A stretch of 62,382 nt of DNA from an uncultured Candidatus Saccharibacteria bacterium (GTDB taxonomy: Bacteria > Patescibacteriota > Minisyncoccia > Portnoybacterales > UBA2143), in NCBI GenBank assembly GCA_964517275.1, contig CAZFBL010000002.1, forward strand, positions 1-62,382, read 5' to 3'. Each line of letters opens with the position of its first letter. The first letter of the stretch is position 1. The notes beneath the pieces are model-generated. The model searched no databases, was not told the origin of the DNA, and saw only the letters and a program-made list of their open reading frames with translations. This document shows positions 1 through 10,067 of this stretch, piece by piece. The translations under genes were made by a program, and so were the position numbers.

Positions 1-39
1 CCGTTGGACGGAATAGTCCAACGGGGATTTTTTTGTTTT
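1..39 (+). terminator. Intrinsic terminator of the upstream gene
   Basis: Perfect 9-bp stem CCGTTGGAC/GTCCAACGG (1-9, 16-24) followed by a T run. Confidence 0.7.
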
Positions 40-50
40 TGGAATCAGAT

Positions 51-78
51 TTGCCCGACCGGTCAAAAGTGATATACT
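51..78 (+). promoter_or_regulatory. Sigma70-type promoter for dnaE (probably leaderless mRNA)
   Basis: TTGCCC-N16-TATACT with extended -10 TG; the ATG at 85 is 6 nt after the -10 box. Confidence 0.6.
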
Positions 79-84
79 GAAGCT

Positions 85-3000
85 ATGAAATTCACTCATC
101 TACACGTTCACTCCCATTACTCTTTGTTGGATGGACTGGCTAAAATAGACCAGCTACTCGATGCTTGTCAGGAATTAAAAATGCCTTCTATTGCTTTAAC
201 CGACCACGGCAATATGTACGGAGCGGTTGAGTTTTATCAGAAAGCCAAAAAAAGAGGCATTCGGCCGATTATTGGCTGCGAGATTTATATAGCTCCCCAT
301 GGCATGGACCAGCGCCGGCCGAATATCGATAATAAGCCTCACCACTTGGTTATCTTAGTCAAAAGCAAAGAAGGCTATCGTAATTTAGTCCAATTAACAA
401 CCAAAGCCCATTTAGAGGGGTTTTATTACAAACCGCGGGTTGATAAAGAGCTGTTAAGGAAACACTCGGCCGGATTAATCGCCTCCTCGGCCTGTCTAAG
501 CGGAGAAATTCCCAAAGCTGTCATCAACGGAAGAGCCGAAGAAGCGGCCAAACTGGCTTTGGAATATCAAGATATTTTTGGAGCGGGTAATTTTTACTTG
601 GAGCTCCAACATCACCCCGGTTTAGAGCACCAAGAATTGGTTAACCAGACTTTAATCAGAATCAGTCGTCAGCATAAAATCCCTCTAATTGCCACTAATG
701 ATGTCCATTACGTCAAACCGGAAGACGCCGAAGCCCAGGACGTCTTAGTCGGTATCCAAACCGACAAAAGACTATCAGATGAAACCCGCCAGACAATGCG
801 TAATAACGACTTCTCGCTGCGACCGATTGAACAAATGGTTAAAGACTTCAAGGAAGTGCCGGAGGCAATCAGCAACACTCAAAAAATTGTCGAAAAATGT
901 AATTTTGAATTTGAATTAGATAAAATCCAATTGCCATATTTTAAAGTGCCGAATGGCCAAGAACCAAACGAATATCTTAAAAAACTCTGCCAGGCCGGTT
1001 TGGAAGAACATCAGTTCGAAACTCCGCTCCAGCAGGTTCTTGAGCGGCTTGACTACGAATTGGGAGTAATCAACAAAACCGGCTTCGCCTCTTATTTCCT
1101 AATTGTCGCCGATTTCGTCAACTGGGCCAAATCTAAAAACATTGTCGTCGGGCCGGGCCGGGGCAGCGCGGCTGGCTCTCTAGTCGCCTATCTGCTGAAG
1201 ATAACCGACATCGACCCCTTAAAATACAATCTTCTTTTTGAGCGATTTCTTAACCCTGAGCGCATCTCAATGCCCGACATTGACTTGGATTTTGCCGATA
1301 ACCGACGTGAGGAAGTGATCAATTATGTTAGGAAAAAATACGGCCAAAATCACGTTGCTCAAATTATTACCTTCGGGACAATGGCCGCCCGGGCGGCTGT
1401 CCGCGATGTTGGCCGGGTCCTTGATTACTCCTATAATTTCTGCGACCAGATAGCCAAAATGATTCCCTTTGGTTCCACTCTGGACAAAGCTGTCTATCAA
1501 TCGCCGGAACTGCACAGCGCATATGAGTCAGACGAGAATACTAAACGCTTAATCGATATGGCTATGAAATTAGAGGGGGTTGCCCGCCATGCTTCCACTC
1601 ACGCGGCTGGCGTAGTTATCACCAAACAAGACATCAACCATTCTGTCCCCTGTCAGCATCCGACTCAAGATGACCAAACCGTGGTTACCCAATATGAAAT
1701 GCATGCCGTTGAGGATTTAGGGCTGCTTAAAATGGACTTTCTGGGCCTAAGAACGCTGACCGTCATTCAAAATACTCTCAACCAAATCAAGGAGCAAACC
1801 GGTCAAGAAATTGATTTAGCCAATCTCCCGCTAGACGACCGAAGAACCTTCCAACTATTTCGGACAGCCAATACAACTGGCGTTTTTCAACTGGAGTCGG
1901 GCGGAATGAAGAAAAACCTTAAAGAACTTCGGCCTAACCAATTTGAAGATATTATTGCCATGGTTGCCTTGTACCGACCAGGCCCGATGGAATTTATTCC
2001 CGAGTTTATCGCTCGTAAGCACGGCTACAAAAAAGTTAAATATCTTCATCCATTACTTAAACCTATTTTAGAAAACACTTACGGGGTGATGGTTTACCAA
2101 GAACAACTAATGAGGATGGCCCGGGAATTAGCCGGTTTTACCCCCTCCGAGGCTGACGTCCTAAGAAAGGCAGTCGGTAAAAAGATTAAAAAGCTCCTAG
2201 ATGAACAGAAAGAAAAAATGATTGACGGAATGACTAACAACCAGATTGAGCCAAGAATAGCTAGCCAAATCTGGCATATGGTCGAACCATTCGCTCAATA
2301 CGGCTTTAATGCCGCACATGCCACCTGTTACGCTCTGATTGGTTATCAAACCGCTTACCTAAAATCTCATTACCCAACTGAGTTCATGGCCGCTCTTATG
2401 ACTTCTGAACAAAATGATATTGAGAGAATCGCCTTTCTGGTCGATGAATGCCGACAGATGAAGATAAAAGTTTTACCGCCCAACGTTAATCAAAGCGACC
2501 AGGATTTTAGCAAAGCGGCCAACGCGATAATTCATTTCGGTCTGAACGCAATCAAAAACGTCGGCCGTCAGGTAGTTGAAAGTATTGTTCAAGAAAGAAA
2601 ACAAAACGGTTCTTTCAAATCAGTCGCCGATTTTATTGAACGAGTCCAGTCCAGAGACCTGAACAAAAAATCGCTAGAAAGTCTAATCAAATGCGGAGCC
2701 TTAGATGACTTCGGGGAGAGGAACCAGCTATTGGCTTCCTTGGACCAAATGCTCGGTCTGGCTCACGAAACCCAGCGAGCTAAACAAAATGGCCAAATCA
2801 GCTTGTTTGCCGGCCAAGCTGCCGACAACCTGCCGTCTCTAAAATTAGCCGCGGCCGCACCAGCCGGCAAAAAAGATTATTTAAGCTGGGAAAAAGAACT
2901 ACTCGGTCTCTATCTTTCAGAGCACCCTCTAAAAGATTATCAGGAACGATTAGTCAAATTAGCTTCTTCTTGTCAGAATCTTTCCCGAGAGCAAGTTGGC

Positions 3001-3246
3001 CGTCGGGTCAAAGTTGGCGGAATAATTAATAAAATACAAAAAGTGAATACTCGGGCCGGCCAACTGATGCTTTTTGTCGAGATTGAAGACATGACCGGCC
3101 GGATTGAAACCCTGGTTTTCCCCAACATGCTCGAACAGACAGCCACCGTCTGGCAGGAAGAGAAGATTGTCCTAGTCGGCGGTCGTCTAAGCGACCGCGA
3201 CGGGAACTTGAAAATATTGTGCGACAGCGTTAAAGTAATAAAGTAA
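85..3246 (+). CDS. dnaE: DNA polymerase III alpha subunit
   Basis: PHP motif HLHVHSHYSLLDG, GPGRGSAAGS, MPDIDLDF catalytic motif, KMDFLGL, C-terminal OB fold; 1053 aa, no intein. Confidence 0.98.
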   Translation: MKFTHLHVHSHYSLLDGLAKIDQLLDACQELKMPSIALTDHGNMYGAVEFYQKAKKRGIRPIIGCEIYIAPHGMDQRRPNIDNKPHHLVILVKSKEGYRNLVQLTTKAHLEGFYYKPRVDKELLRKHSAGLIASSACLSGEIPKAVINGRAEEAAKLALEYQDIFGAGNFYLELQHHPGLEHQELVNQTLIRISRQHKIPLIATNDVHYVKPEDAEAQDVLVGIQTDKRLSDETRQTMRNNDFSLRPIEQMVKDFKEVPEAISNTQKIVEKCNFEFELDKIQLPYFKVPNGQEPNEYLKKLCQAGLEEHQFETPLQQVLERLDYELGVINKTGFASYFLIVADFVNWAKSKNIVVGPGRGSAAGSLVAYLLKITDIDPLKYNLLFERFLNPERISMPDIDLDFADNRREEVINYVRKKYGQNHVAQIITFGTMAARAAVRDVGRVLDYSYNFCDQIAKMIPFGSTLDKAVYQSPELHSAYESDENTKRLIDMAMKLEGVARHASTHAAGVVITKQDINHSVPCQHPTQDDQTVVTQYEMHAVEDLGLLKMDFLGLRTLTVIQNTLNQIKEQTGQEIDLANLPLDDRRTFQLFRTANTTGVFQLESGGMKKNLKELRPNQFEDIIAMVALYRPGPMEFIPEFIARKHGYKKVKYLHPLLKPILENTYGVMVYQEQLMRMARELAGFTPSEADVLRKAVGKKIKKLLDEQKEKMIDGMTNNQIEPRIASQIWHMVEPFAQYGFNAAHATCYALIGYQTAYLKSHYPTEFMAALMTSEQNDIERIAFLVDECRQMKIKVLPPNVNQSDQDFSKAANAIIHFGLNAIKNVGRQVVESIVQERKQNGSFKSVADFIERVQSRDLNKKSLESLIKCGALDDFGERNQLLASLDQMLGLAHETQRAKQNGQISLFAGQAADNLPSLKLAAAAPAGKKDYLSWEKELLGLYLSEHPLKDYQERLVKLASSCQNLSREQVGRRVKVGGIINKIQKVNTRAGQLMLFVEIEDMTGRIETLVFPNMLEQTATVWQEEKIVLVGGRLSDRDGNLKILCDSVKVIK

Positions 3247-5006
3247 TGCCCAAACAATCCAAAATTGAAATCATTCGTCATTCAACTTCTCATCTTTTAG
3301 CCGCCGCAGTCCAACAATTGTTTAGCGGGGCTAAATTTGGTATTGGGCCGGTTATTGCCAACGGCTTCTATTACGATTTTGACTTACCGCGTTCTCTCAA
3401 GCCGGACGACCTGAGCAAGCTCGAAAAGAAAATGAGAGAACTACTTAAGAAGAATTTGCCGTTTGAAAAGAAAGAACTGACCATTGAAAAAGCCTTCGAC
3501 TTATTTAAAAAACTTAAACAACCTTACAAGGTTGAGCTAATTAAAGATTTAAAAAAGAATAAACAAGCCAAAAAAGTAACCGTCTATCAAACTGGCGATT
3601 TCACCGACTTATGCCGTGGCCCGCACGTCCGCTCAACCAAAGAGCTAAAGCCGGACGCTTTTAAATTAACTAGACTAGCCGGCGCTTACTGGAAAGGAGA
3701 TGAAAAGAATAAAATGCTTCAACGGATTTATGGAGTCGTTTTTAAAAGCAAAAAAGAGCTGGACCAATATTTAGCCCAACAAACGGAAGCCGAGAAAAGA
3801 GACCACCGAAAGATAGGCAAAGAGCTGGATTTATTCACTTTTTCCGATTTAGTCGGTCCAGGACTCCCCTTGTTTACTCCTAAAGGAGTAATCATCATTG
3901 ACCAATTAAAGAAACACATTGAACAAATTTGCGCCAAATATGGTTTTAAAAAAGTATTAACCCCTCATCTGGCTAAAATTAAACTCTATGAACTTTCCGG
4001 TCACGCTAAAAAGTTTAGCCAGGAACTCTTTCGGGTTACTTCCGAACGCAAGCACGAAATGGTTATCCGGCCGGTTCTTTGTCCTCATCATACCCAAATC
4101 TATGCCTCTCGACCAAGAAGCTACCGCGATCTCCCGATTCGTTATATGGAAAGCGAAAAGCAATACCGAGCGGAAAAACCAGGTGAGGTCGGCGGCCTGA
4201 ATCGAGTCTACTCAATTACTATTGAAGATGGCCATATCTTTTGCCGAATAGACCAGATAAAACAAGAAATAAATAACTTGGTCGAAATTGTTCAGGGCTT
4301 CTATAAACCCCTCGGGCTCTGGGGTAAACACTGGGTTTCTCTTTCGGTCAGAGACCACCAGCATCCTGAAAAATATATCGGCGATGAAAAAGATTGGGAT
4401 AGTTGCGAGAAAATACTCAAACAAATTTCAGAAGAGACAAATCTAAAAGCTCAAAAAAAAGAAGGCGAAGCCGCCCTTTACGGACCGAAGCTGGACTTTA
4501 TGTTCCAAGACGCCTTGGGCAACCAGATTCAAATCCCGACCATTCAGCTTGATTTTGCCACGCCTAAACGCTTCGGCCTCTCTTATATCAATCAAGACGG
4601 TCGGTCGGTCCCGCCGGTAATGATTCATCGAGCCATTCTTGGCTCTTACGAACGCTTTATCGCCTTGCTAATTGAGCATTTTGCCGGAGCTTTCCCGACT
4701 TGGCTATCGCCGGTTCAGGCCCAGATTATTCCAGTCAGCCAGAAATTTAACAAATATGCTCAACAAGTTGCGGAACAACTCCGACAAGAAGACATCCGAG
4801 TCGAATTGAATGAGGACAATGAGACTCTCGGCAAAAAAATTAGAGAAGGCCAACTTCAAAAAATTCCTTATCTTTTGATTATCGGCCAGCAGGAACAAAC
4901 AGCTGATTCAGTGGCTGTCCGCGACCGAGAAAAGGGTGACCTTGGTCAGATGAAAACCAAAAAATTTATTAGCCAAATTAAAGAGGAAATAAAGAAAAAA
5001 AATTAA
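3246..5006 (+). CDS. thrS: Threonine--tRNA ligase (lacks the N-terminal TGS domain)
   Basis: RHSTSHLLA, DLCRGPHV, RDHRKIG, YGPKLD, HRAILGSYERF; overlaps the dnaE stop codon. Confidence 0.97.
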   Translation: MPKQSKIEIIRHSTSHLLAAAVQQLFSGAKFGIGPVIANGFYYDFDLPRSLKPDDLSKLEKKMRELLKKNLPFEKKELTIEKAFDLFKKLKQPYKVELIKDLKKNKQAKKVTVYQTGDFTDLCRGPHVRSTKELKPDAFKLTRLAGAYWKGDEKNKMLQRIYGVVFKSKKELDQYLAQQTEAEKRDHRKIGKELDLFTFSDLVGPGLPLFTPKGVIIIDQLKKHIEQICAKYGFKKVLTPHLAKIKLYELSGHAKKFSQELFRVTSERKHEMVIRPVLCPHHTQIYASRPRSYRDLPIRYMESEKQYRAEKPGEVGGLNRVYSITIEDGHIFCRIDQIKQEINNLVEIVQGFYKPLGLWGKHWVSLSVRDHQHPEKYIGDEKDWDSCEKILKQISEETNLKAQKKEGEAALYGPKLDFMFQDALGNQIQIPTIQLDFATPKRFGLSYINQDGRSVPPVMIHRAILGSYERFIALLIEHFAGAFPTWLSPVQAQIIPVSQKFNKYAQQVAEQLRQEDIRVELNEDNETLGKKIREGQLQKIPYLLIIGQQEQTADSVAVRDREKGDLGQMKTKKFISQIKEEIKKKN

Positions 5007-5012
5007 AAAACA

Positions 5013-6581
5013 ATGTCAACCATTTCTCTGCCGACCGAAAAATTAGTCCGCCGATTTAAAAGCTTTGTTTTAGCTAAACCGGAGCCGACTTCAACTATTC
5101 ACGTTGATTACATTGCCAGTAAAGTGGCTTCTTTTTATGAAAAAATTAGAAAAATACTGGATTATCAGGAAGAACACCTCTTTCGTAAAAACGCCATCGA
5201 CCGCATTCTTAAAAGAAGACTATTCTTCCAACAGGAGCAAAAAAAAGAAATCGCTTATCACCTGATCTGTGAACTAATTCGTGCTGGCTATCTACCCAAC
5301 GGTACTATTCCGGAAACCAAAACCAAGGAAGTCGAACTGATTGTCAATAAATACCTGTTCTTAATTAATGCTCCGGCTATAACCAACGACTTCAGAGAAG
5401 AAAGGACAAACTGGTTAATCAGTCTAGCTTCCTGCGAGATTGAAGAAAAACTGGCTCCTCCTCTTAAAGATAACGCCCTAGCCGATTATATGTACGATGT
5501 CTTCAAGAATAGAATTATTCTGAAAGGAATTAGCATCAGCCGAGAGAAAAAAGAAACCCAAATTTTTATCGCTATCCAGAAAGCCCTCCTTCGAGCTGAC
5601 CAAGCCCTTCTAAGTTATCGACTAGTTAAATGGCATTACCCGGAATGGACCAATCCTTCCCAGGAATTTATTAGACAAATAGCCCCTCAGCTCGAGTCGC
5701 TCCGAAAAATCATTTTCAAGGAGATTAACCATTCACTTGGCCCTAGATTTTTCAAAATTGCCAATCAATACAATACTCCTTTTCTTGTTTTAGGCGACGC
5801 CTTATTGAGTAATCCTGATCTGGTTAGCCAGCCAGCCAAGCTGGAAGAGTCAATCACCGCCGCTTATCAAGAACGTTACCGGCATTCAAAAAATAAACTG
5901 CGTCGGGCGGCCGTCTACAGCACCGCTTCCATCTTCGCCAGCAAAATAATTCTGGCCCTAGCGATTGAGATCCCTTTCGACCTTTATATAACTCGCCAAT
6001 TAATCCCTCTTAATCTGGGAATTAACATTCTTTTTCCTCCTTTTTTGATGTTTTTGATTATTATGACCATTAGGCCGCCAGCCGAGGAAAACACACAGAA
6101 GGTTATCTTAGAGACAATGAAAATTGTCCATAAAAATAAAAGAGAAGAAACTTACGAAATTAAACCGTCAACCAAAAAAGGCTGGTTCTTGAAAGGAGTT
6201 ATCAATTTATTCTACTTAATCACTTTCTTCATTTCCTTCGGTCTGATTATTTTAGGTCTCAATAAACTTCATTTCAGCTGGCTAAGCACAGCTATTTTCC
6301 TAATCTTCATCTCTTTAATTTGCTTTGCTGGTTTAAAGATTCGCCAGCAGGCTAGGAATTTAAGTCTTGAAAAGAAGAAAGAAAGCGGCTGGCTCTTTGT
6401 TATTGACTTATTTGCTTTACCGCTGGTCAGAGTGGGAAAATGGCTCTCCCGACAGTGGGCCAGATTCAATATCCTAGTCGTTATCTTTAATTTAATTCTA
6501 GAAGTCCCTTTCCAAATCTTCGTCGAATTCCTGGAAAACTGGCACCGCTTCCTGAAAGAGAAAAAAGAAGAAATTCAATAA
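5013..6581 (+). CDS. Hypothetical membrane protein (helical N-terminal domain, several C-terminal TM helices)
   Basis: 522-aa ORF directly after thrS; hydrophobic stretches confined to the C-terminal 40%. Confidence 0.8.
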   Translation: MSTISLPTEKLVRRFKSFVLAKPEPTSTIHVDYIASKVASFYEKIRKILDYQEEHLFRKNAIDRILKRRLFFQQEQKKEIAYHLICELIRAGYLPNGTIPETKTKEVELIVNKYLFLINAPAITNDFREERTNWLISLASCEIEEKLAPPLKDNALADYMYDVFKNRIILKGISISREKKETQIFIAIQKALLRADQALLSYRLVKWHYPEWTNPSQEFIRQIAPQLESLRKIIFKEINHSLGPRFFKIANQYNTPFLVLGDALLSNPDLVSQPAKLEESITAAYQERYRHSKNKLRRAAVYSTASIFASKIILALAIEIPFDLYITRQLIPLNLGINILFPPFLMFLIIMTIRPPAEENTQKVILETMKIVHKNKREETYEIKPSTKKGWFLKGVINLFYLITFFISFGLIILGLNKLHFSWLSTAIFLIFISLICFAGLKIRQQARNLSLEKKKESGWLFVIDLFALPLVRVGKWLSRQWARFNILVVIFNLILEVPFQIFVEFLENWHRFLKEKKEEIQ

Positions 6582-6594
6582 AACCGAACTTAAA

Positions 6595-6627
6595 AAAAAT
6601 CCGTTTTCGGCTAGGAAACGGATTTTT
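6595..6627. terminator. Bidirectional terminator between convergent genes
   Basis: AAAAATCCGTTT/AAACGGATTTTT inverted repeat with A and T tails. Confidence 0.75.
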
Positions 6628-6646
6628 ATTTTTCAGTCTATCTAGT

Positions 6647-7390
6647 TTATTCAGTTAGAATCCTCGGCCCCTCCTTGGTCACCGCGACTGTATTCTCAAA
6701 ATGAGCTGATAAGCTCTTGTCAGCGGTCTGGTAAGAAAAGCCATCCGGTCCTTGCTCGATTCCCGGCTGTCCGAGAACGGCCATTGGCTCAATAGCGATA
6801 ACCATTCCCTCTTTCAGAAGAGGGCCTTTGTTTGGGTAGCCAAAATTAGGAACATCCGGTTTTTCGTGCAGTTGACGACCGACTCCATGGCCGCAAAGCT
6901 CTCTGACTACCTGGAAACCATCGGCTTGGACATGTTTTTGAACAGCAAAAGAGACGTCGCCAATTGTTTTGCCTGATTTAACCCGAGCAATCGCCTTACG
7001 GAGAGCTTTTTTGGTCGTCTGGATTAATCTCTGCGCCTCCTTGGAGACCGGCCCGATTGGCAAGGTAACCGCCATATCGGCATAAAAATCCCGATAGATT
7101 AGGCCTATATCTAAACTTAAAATATCTCCTTCGACCAGCTGACGCTGTGAAGGGATACCATGAACAATCTGTTCGTTAATTGAGGTACAGAGAGTAGCTG
7201 GAAAACCTTGATAGCCTTTAAAGGCTGGTCTGGCTTGATAACTAATAATAAGCTCTTCAGCTAATTCATCCAATTGTTGAGTAGTCAGGCCCGGTTTGAC
7301 CGTCTCTTTTAATTGACGCATCACTTTGGCCAATAACTGGCCGGCTTCGGCCATTAATTCAATTTCTTCAGGAGTTTTGATAGTTATCAT
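6647..7390 (-). CDS. map: Methionine aminopeptidase type I
   Basis: CTSINEQIVHGIP, DIG, DMAVT, GHGVG, EPM, SAHFENT motifs; spc-operon position. Confidence 0.97.
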   Translation of the reverse strand: MITIKTPEEIELMAEAGQLLAKVMRQLKETVKPGLTTQQLDELAEELIISYQARPAFKGYQGFPATLCTSINEQIVHGIPSQRQLVEGDILSLDIGLIYRDFYADMAVTLPIGPVSKEAQRLIQTTKKALRKAIARVKSGKTIGDVSFAVQKHVQADGFQVVRELCGHGVGRQLHEKPDVPNFGYPNKGPLLKEGMVIAIEPMAVLGQPGIEQGPDGFSYQTADKSLSAHFENTVAVTKEGPRILTE

Positions 7391-7446
7391 AGAAATAAGA
7401 CAGCTAAATTTAGAGTAATTGATTTGTTTTTCTTAAACATCTGGAG

Positions 7447-7560
7447 TTTTGGAAACAAATAAATAAGCGGAGCCAGAGGGGAGCCCGATGGAGTGTCGCC
7501 GTCAGGCGACCGACATTGGAGGGGCCTCCCCTGGCAGAGCGAAATATTATTTGTCCAAAA
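7447..7560. repeat. Intergenic nested-palindrome (MITE/REP-like) element
   Basis: Ends TTTTGGAAACAAATAA / TTATTTGTCCAAAA; inner GCCAGAGGGG/CCCCTGGC and GTCGCC-GTCA-GGCGAC hairpins. Confidence 0.6.
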
Positions 7561-7586
7561 CGGAAGCAGTTTAAAAAAACAATCAA

Positions 7587-8252
7587 TTACTCAACGATTT
7601 TCTTAACCGCCCGATAAACATCTTCAATTGACTGTTGGCCGTTGACTTTAACTAGTTTCCCTTGTTTATGATAATAATCAACGGCCGGCTGGACGTCCTT
7701 ATTATAAAAATCCAGACGAGCCCGAATCGCGGCTGGTTTATCATCGGGCCGGCTAATCAATTGGCCGCCGCACTTGTCGCATTTTTTTAAATCCTTAAAC
7801 TGGCCAACCCAGGGAATCAGCCGGCCGCACTTTTTACAAATTCGTCTCTTGGTCAACCGATTGAAAGCCTCCTGGTCAGAAATGGTCAATAAAATAACCT
7901 TAATTTTAGTCCATTCAACCCAATTAAAGATATCGTCCATTAACTTCGCCTCAAGTAAGGCCCGCGGGTTGCCGTCAAGAATTAACCCCTTCAAATCCGG
8001 CTTATTCTTCATATTTCTTACTTCCTCGCTCCAGACCGAGAACATAAATGCGGCCTGTACTCGTTCCCCTTTACCTAAAATTTTCCTTAATTTTTGACCA
8101 GAGAAATCATTTCTCTTGGCGATCGTTCTTAATAAGTCACCGCTGCCCAAGCAATCAAAACCAAACTCTTTTTGAAGTAGTTTAGCCTGGGTCCCTTTAC
8201 CGCAACCAGAGCGGCCCATCAGAATAATAATTTGTGGCTGTTGACTGGACAT
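7587..8252 (-). CDS. adk: Adenylate kinase with Zn-lid
   Basis: P-loop GRSGCGKGTQ, GDLLR, LDGNPR, CKKC...CDKC lid, RPDD. Confidence 0.95.
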   Translation of the reverse strand: MSSQQPQIIILMGRSGCGKGTQAKLLQKEFGFDCLGSGDLLRTIAKRNDFSGQKLRKILGKGERVQAAFMFSVWSEEVRNMKNKPDLKGLILDGNPRALLEAKLMDDIFNWVEWTKIKVILLTISDQEAFNRLTKRRICKKCGRLIPWVGQFKDLKKCDKCGGQLISRPDDKPAAIRARLDFYNKDVQPAVDYYHKQGKLVKVNGQQSIEDVYRAVKKIVE

Positions 8253-8258
8253 AAATAC

Positions 8259-9542
8259 TTAAAATCCTTCGTAATCACGCATAGTTAGCTGACTGCCGAT
8301 TTGGCGCATCGTCTCTAAAACAACTGAAACAATAATCAGGAGAGCGGTTCCGCCGACGGCAAAACCGAAAGCAGTTATTCCGGTCGCTCCCTGAACAACC
8401 GACGGTAAAACGGCAATCGTTCCCAAAAAGAAAGCTCCGAAAAGCAAAACTCGATTTAGAATAAAGTAGAGAAAACCAGTCGTCGGCTGGCCCGGCCGGA
8501 TACCTGGGATAAAACCGCCCATTTTTTGCAGATTATTGGCCACGTTTTTAGGATCAAAGGTAACGGCTGTATAAAAATAGGTAAAAAGAACGACCAAAAC
8601 AAAATAACAAATACCGTAAAACCAGGCATTCTCAAAAAGGCGGCCGACTAATTGGGCGAAATGAGCCAGCCAGCTGATTTGTGAAGTACCCAGAAAACTA
8701 GCGACCATTCCAGGAAAAAGCATAATTGATAAAGCAAAGATAATCGGGATAACCCCGGCCGGATTGACATTCAAAGGCAAATAAGTTGAAACCCCGCCGT
8801 AAATCCGGCGACCGCGCACTCGTTTGGCGTAAGAGACAGGAATATTCCGCCGGCCTTCGTTAATGATAACGACTCCGGTAATAATAATTATGGCAACCGC
8901 CAAAAAAGCCAGATAAGAAGGAATTTTGGCCGGATCGTAAGTAACGGCCATTTCCCTGATTGATAAAGGTATCCGGGAGACAATTCCGGCAAAAATCAGA
9001 AGAGAGACACCGTTGCCAATTCCCTTTTCCGAGATTAATTCACCTAACCACATTAAAAATAAAGCCCCGGCCGTAATAACCGAAATAGAGGTAATCCACT
9101 GAACAGTCGACAGAGAGCCGATTACATTTTGACGGCTCAACAAGGTTAACATAGCATAAGCCTGTAAAGAGGCCAGAGGGACAGTCAGCAGACGAGCGTA
9201 TTGATTAAACTTTTGCCGGCCCCGTTCACCTTCCTCTTTGTAAAGAGCCTCCAGTTGGGGGAAAATCATGGTCAGCAACTGCATAATAATCGTTGCTGTA
9301 ATAAACGGCCCTAATCCAAGCATAACAATCGATAGATTGCTCATCGCTCCGCCGGTAAATATATTCAATAAGCCAAACAACTGGTTATTGGCAAAGAATT
9401 GCTTTAATTGTTCGGTATCTATCCCGGGAACCGGAATATTAGCGGCTACCCGGAAGATAACAAGAACGATTAAAACAAAAAAAATCTTCCGACGGAGGTC
9501 TCTGACTTTAAAAATTTGGATAAACTTTTGCAACCAGTCCAT
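8259..9542 (-). CDS. secY: Preprotein translocase SecY
   Basis: LGLGPFITATIIMQLL, GIGNGVSL, IPVSYAKR, GGFIPGIRPG, GGTALLI; about 10 TM helices. Confidence 0.98.
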   Translation of the reverse strand: MDWLQKFIQIFKVRDLRRKIFFVLIVLVIFRVAANIPVPGIDTEQLKQFFANNQLFGLLNIFTGGAMSNLSIVMLGLGPFITATIIMQLLTMIFPQLEALYKEEGERGRQKFNQYARLLTVPLASLQAYAMLTLLSRQNVIGSLSTVQWITSISVITAGALFLMWLGELISEKGIGNGVSLLIFAGIVSRIPLSIREMAVTYDPAKIPSYLAFLAVAIIIITGVVIINEGRRNIPVSYAKRVRGRRIYGGVSTYLPLNVNPAGVIPIIFALSIMLFPGMVASFLGTSQISWLAHFAQLVGRLFENAWFYGICYFVLVVLFTYFYTAVTFDPKNVANNLQKMGGFIPGIRPGQPTTGFLYFILNRVLLFGAFFLGTIAVLPSVVQGATGITAFGFAVGGTALLIIVSVVLETMRQIGSQLTMRDYEGF

Positions 9543-9571
9543 ATATTAAAAACTTATTATCTCTTTTTGAT

Positions 9572-10057
9572 TTATTTTTTTTTCTTAACAGCCGCTTTAT
9601 ATTCGTTTTGCTTTATCTTCTGCTCGGATTGTTTTGAAAAAACGACTCCCTTAAAGATTAATTTTTTCTTTAACTGGCCTTGGCCCAAAATTTTAACCGG
9701 TCGGTTCTTCTTTCTCATTTTAACAATCAACCCCTTTTCTAACAAGCTTTTCGGAGAAACAAGTTCGTTTTTTTTGAAATTTTCTTCAATATCCCTCAAA
9801 TTAAGAATAACCGGCTTGAGTCGGTTAGACGATTTAGAAGACTGTCTTATCTTTAATCGGCCTCTCTCTCCCCGCCGCTTAGGCAATCGTTTGGCCAACG
9901 GACTATCCCCACCGGCAAAACCAGGCCTCGGTTTTCTGCCAGCCCGAGCTTTCTGTCCTTTAAGTCCTCGCCCGGAGTAAGTTCCTTTTTTACCGCCTCG
10001 ACCGACCCGCTTCCTTTGCTTTTTACGATGAACTGGTTTTAACTGATTCAATTGCAT
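9572..10057 (-). CDS. rplO: 50S ribosomal protein L15
   Basis: RVGRGGKKGTYSGRGLKGQKARAG, KILGQG; operon position. Confidence 0.95.
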   Translation of the reverse strand: MQLNQLKPVHRKKQRKRVGRGGKKGTYSGRGLKGQKARAGRKPRPGFAGGDSPLAKRLPKRRGERGRLKIRQSSKSSNRLKPVILNLRDIEENFKKNELVSPKSLLEKGLIVKMRKKNRPVKILGQGQLKKKLIFKGVVFSKQSEQKIKQNEYKAAVKKKK

Positions 10058-10067
10058 ACTTTTAAAT

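Noticed and set aside
85-3246. Intein or intron in dnaE
   Set aside because: Normal length with contiguous motifs; no splicing signatures.
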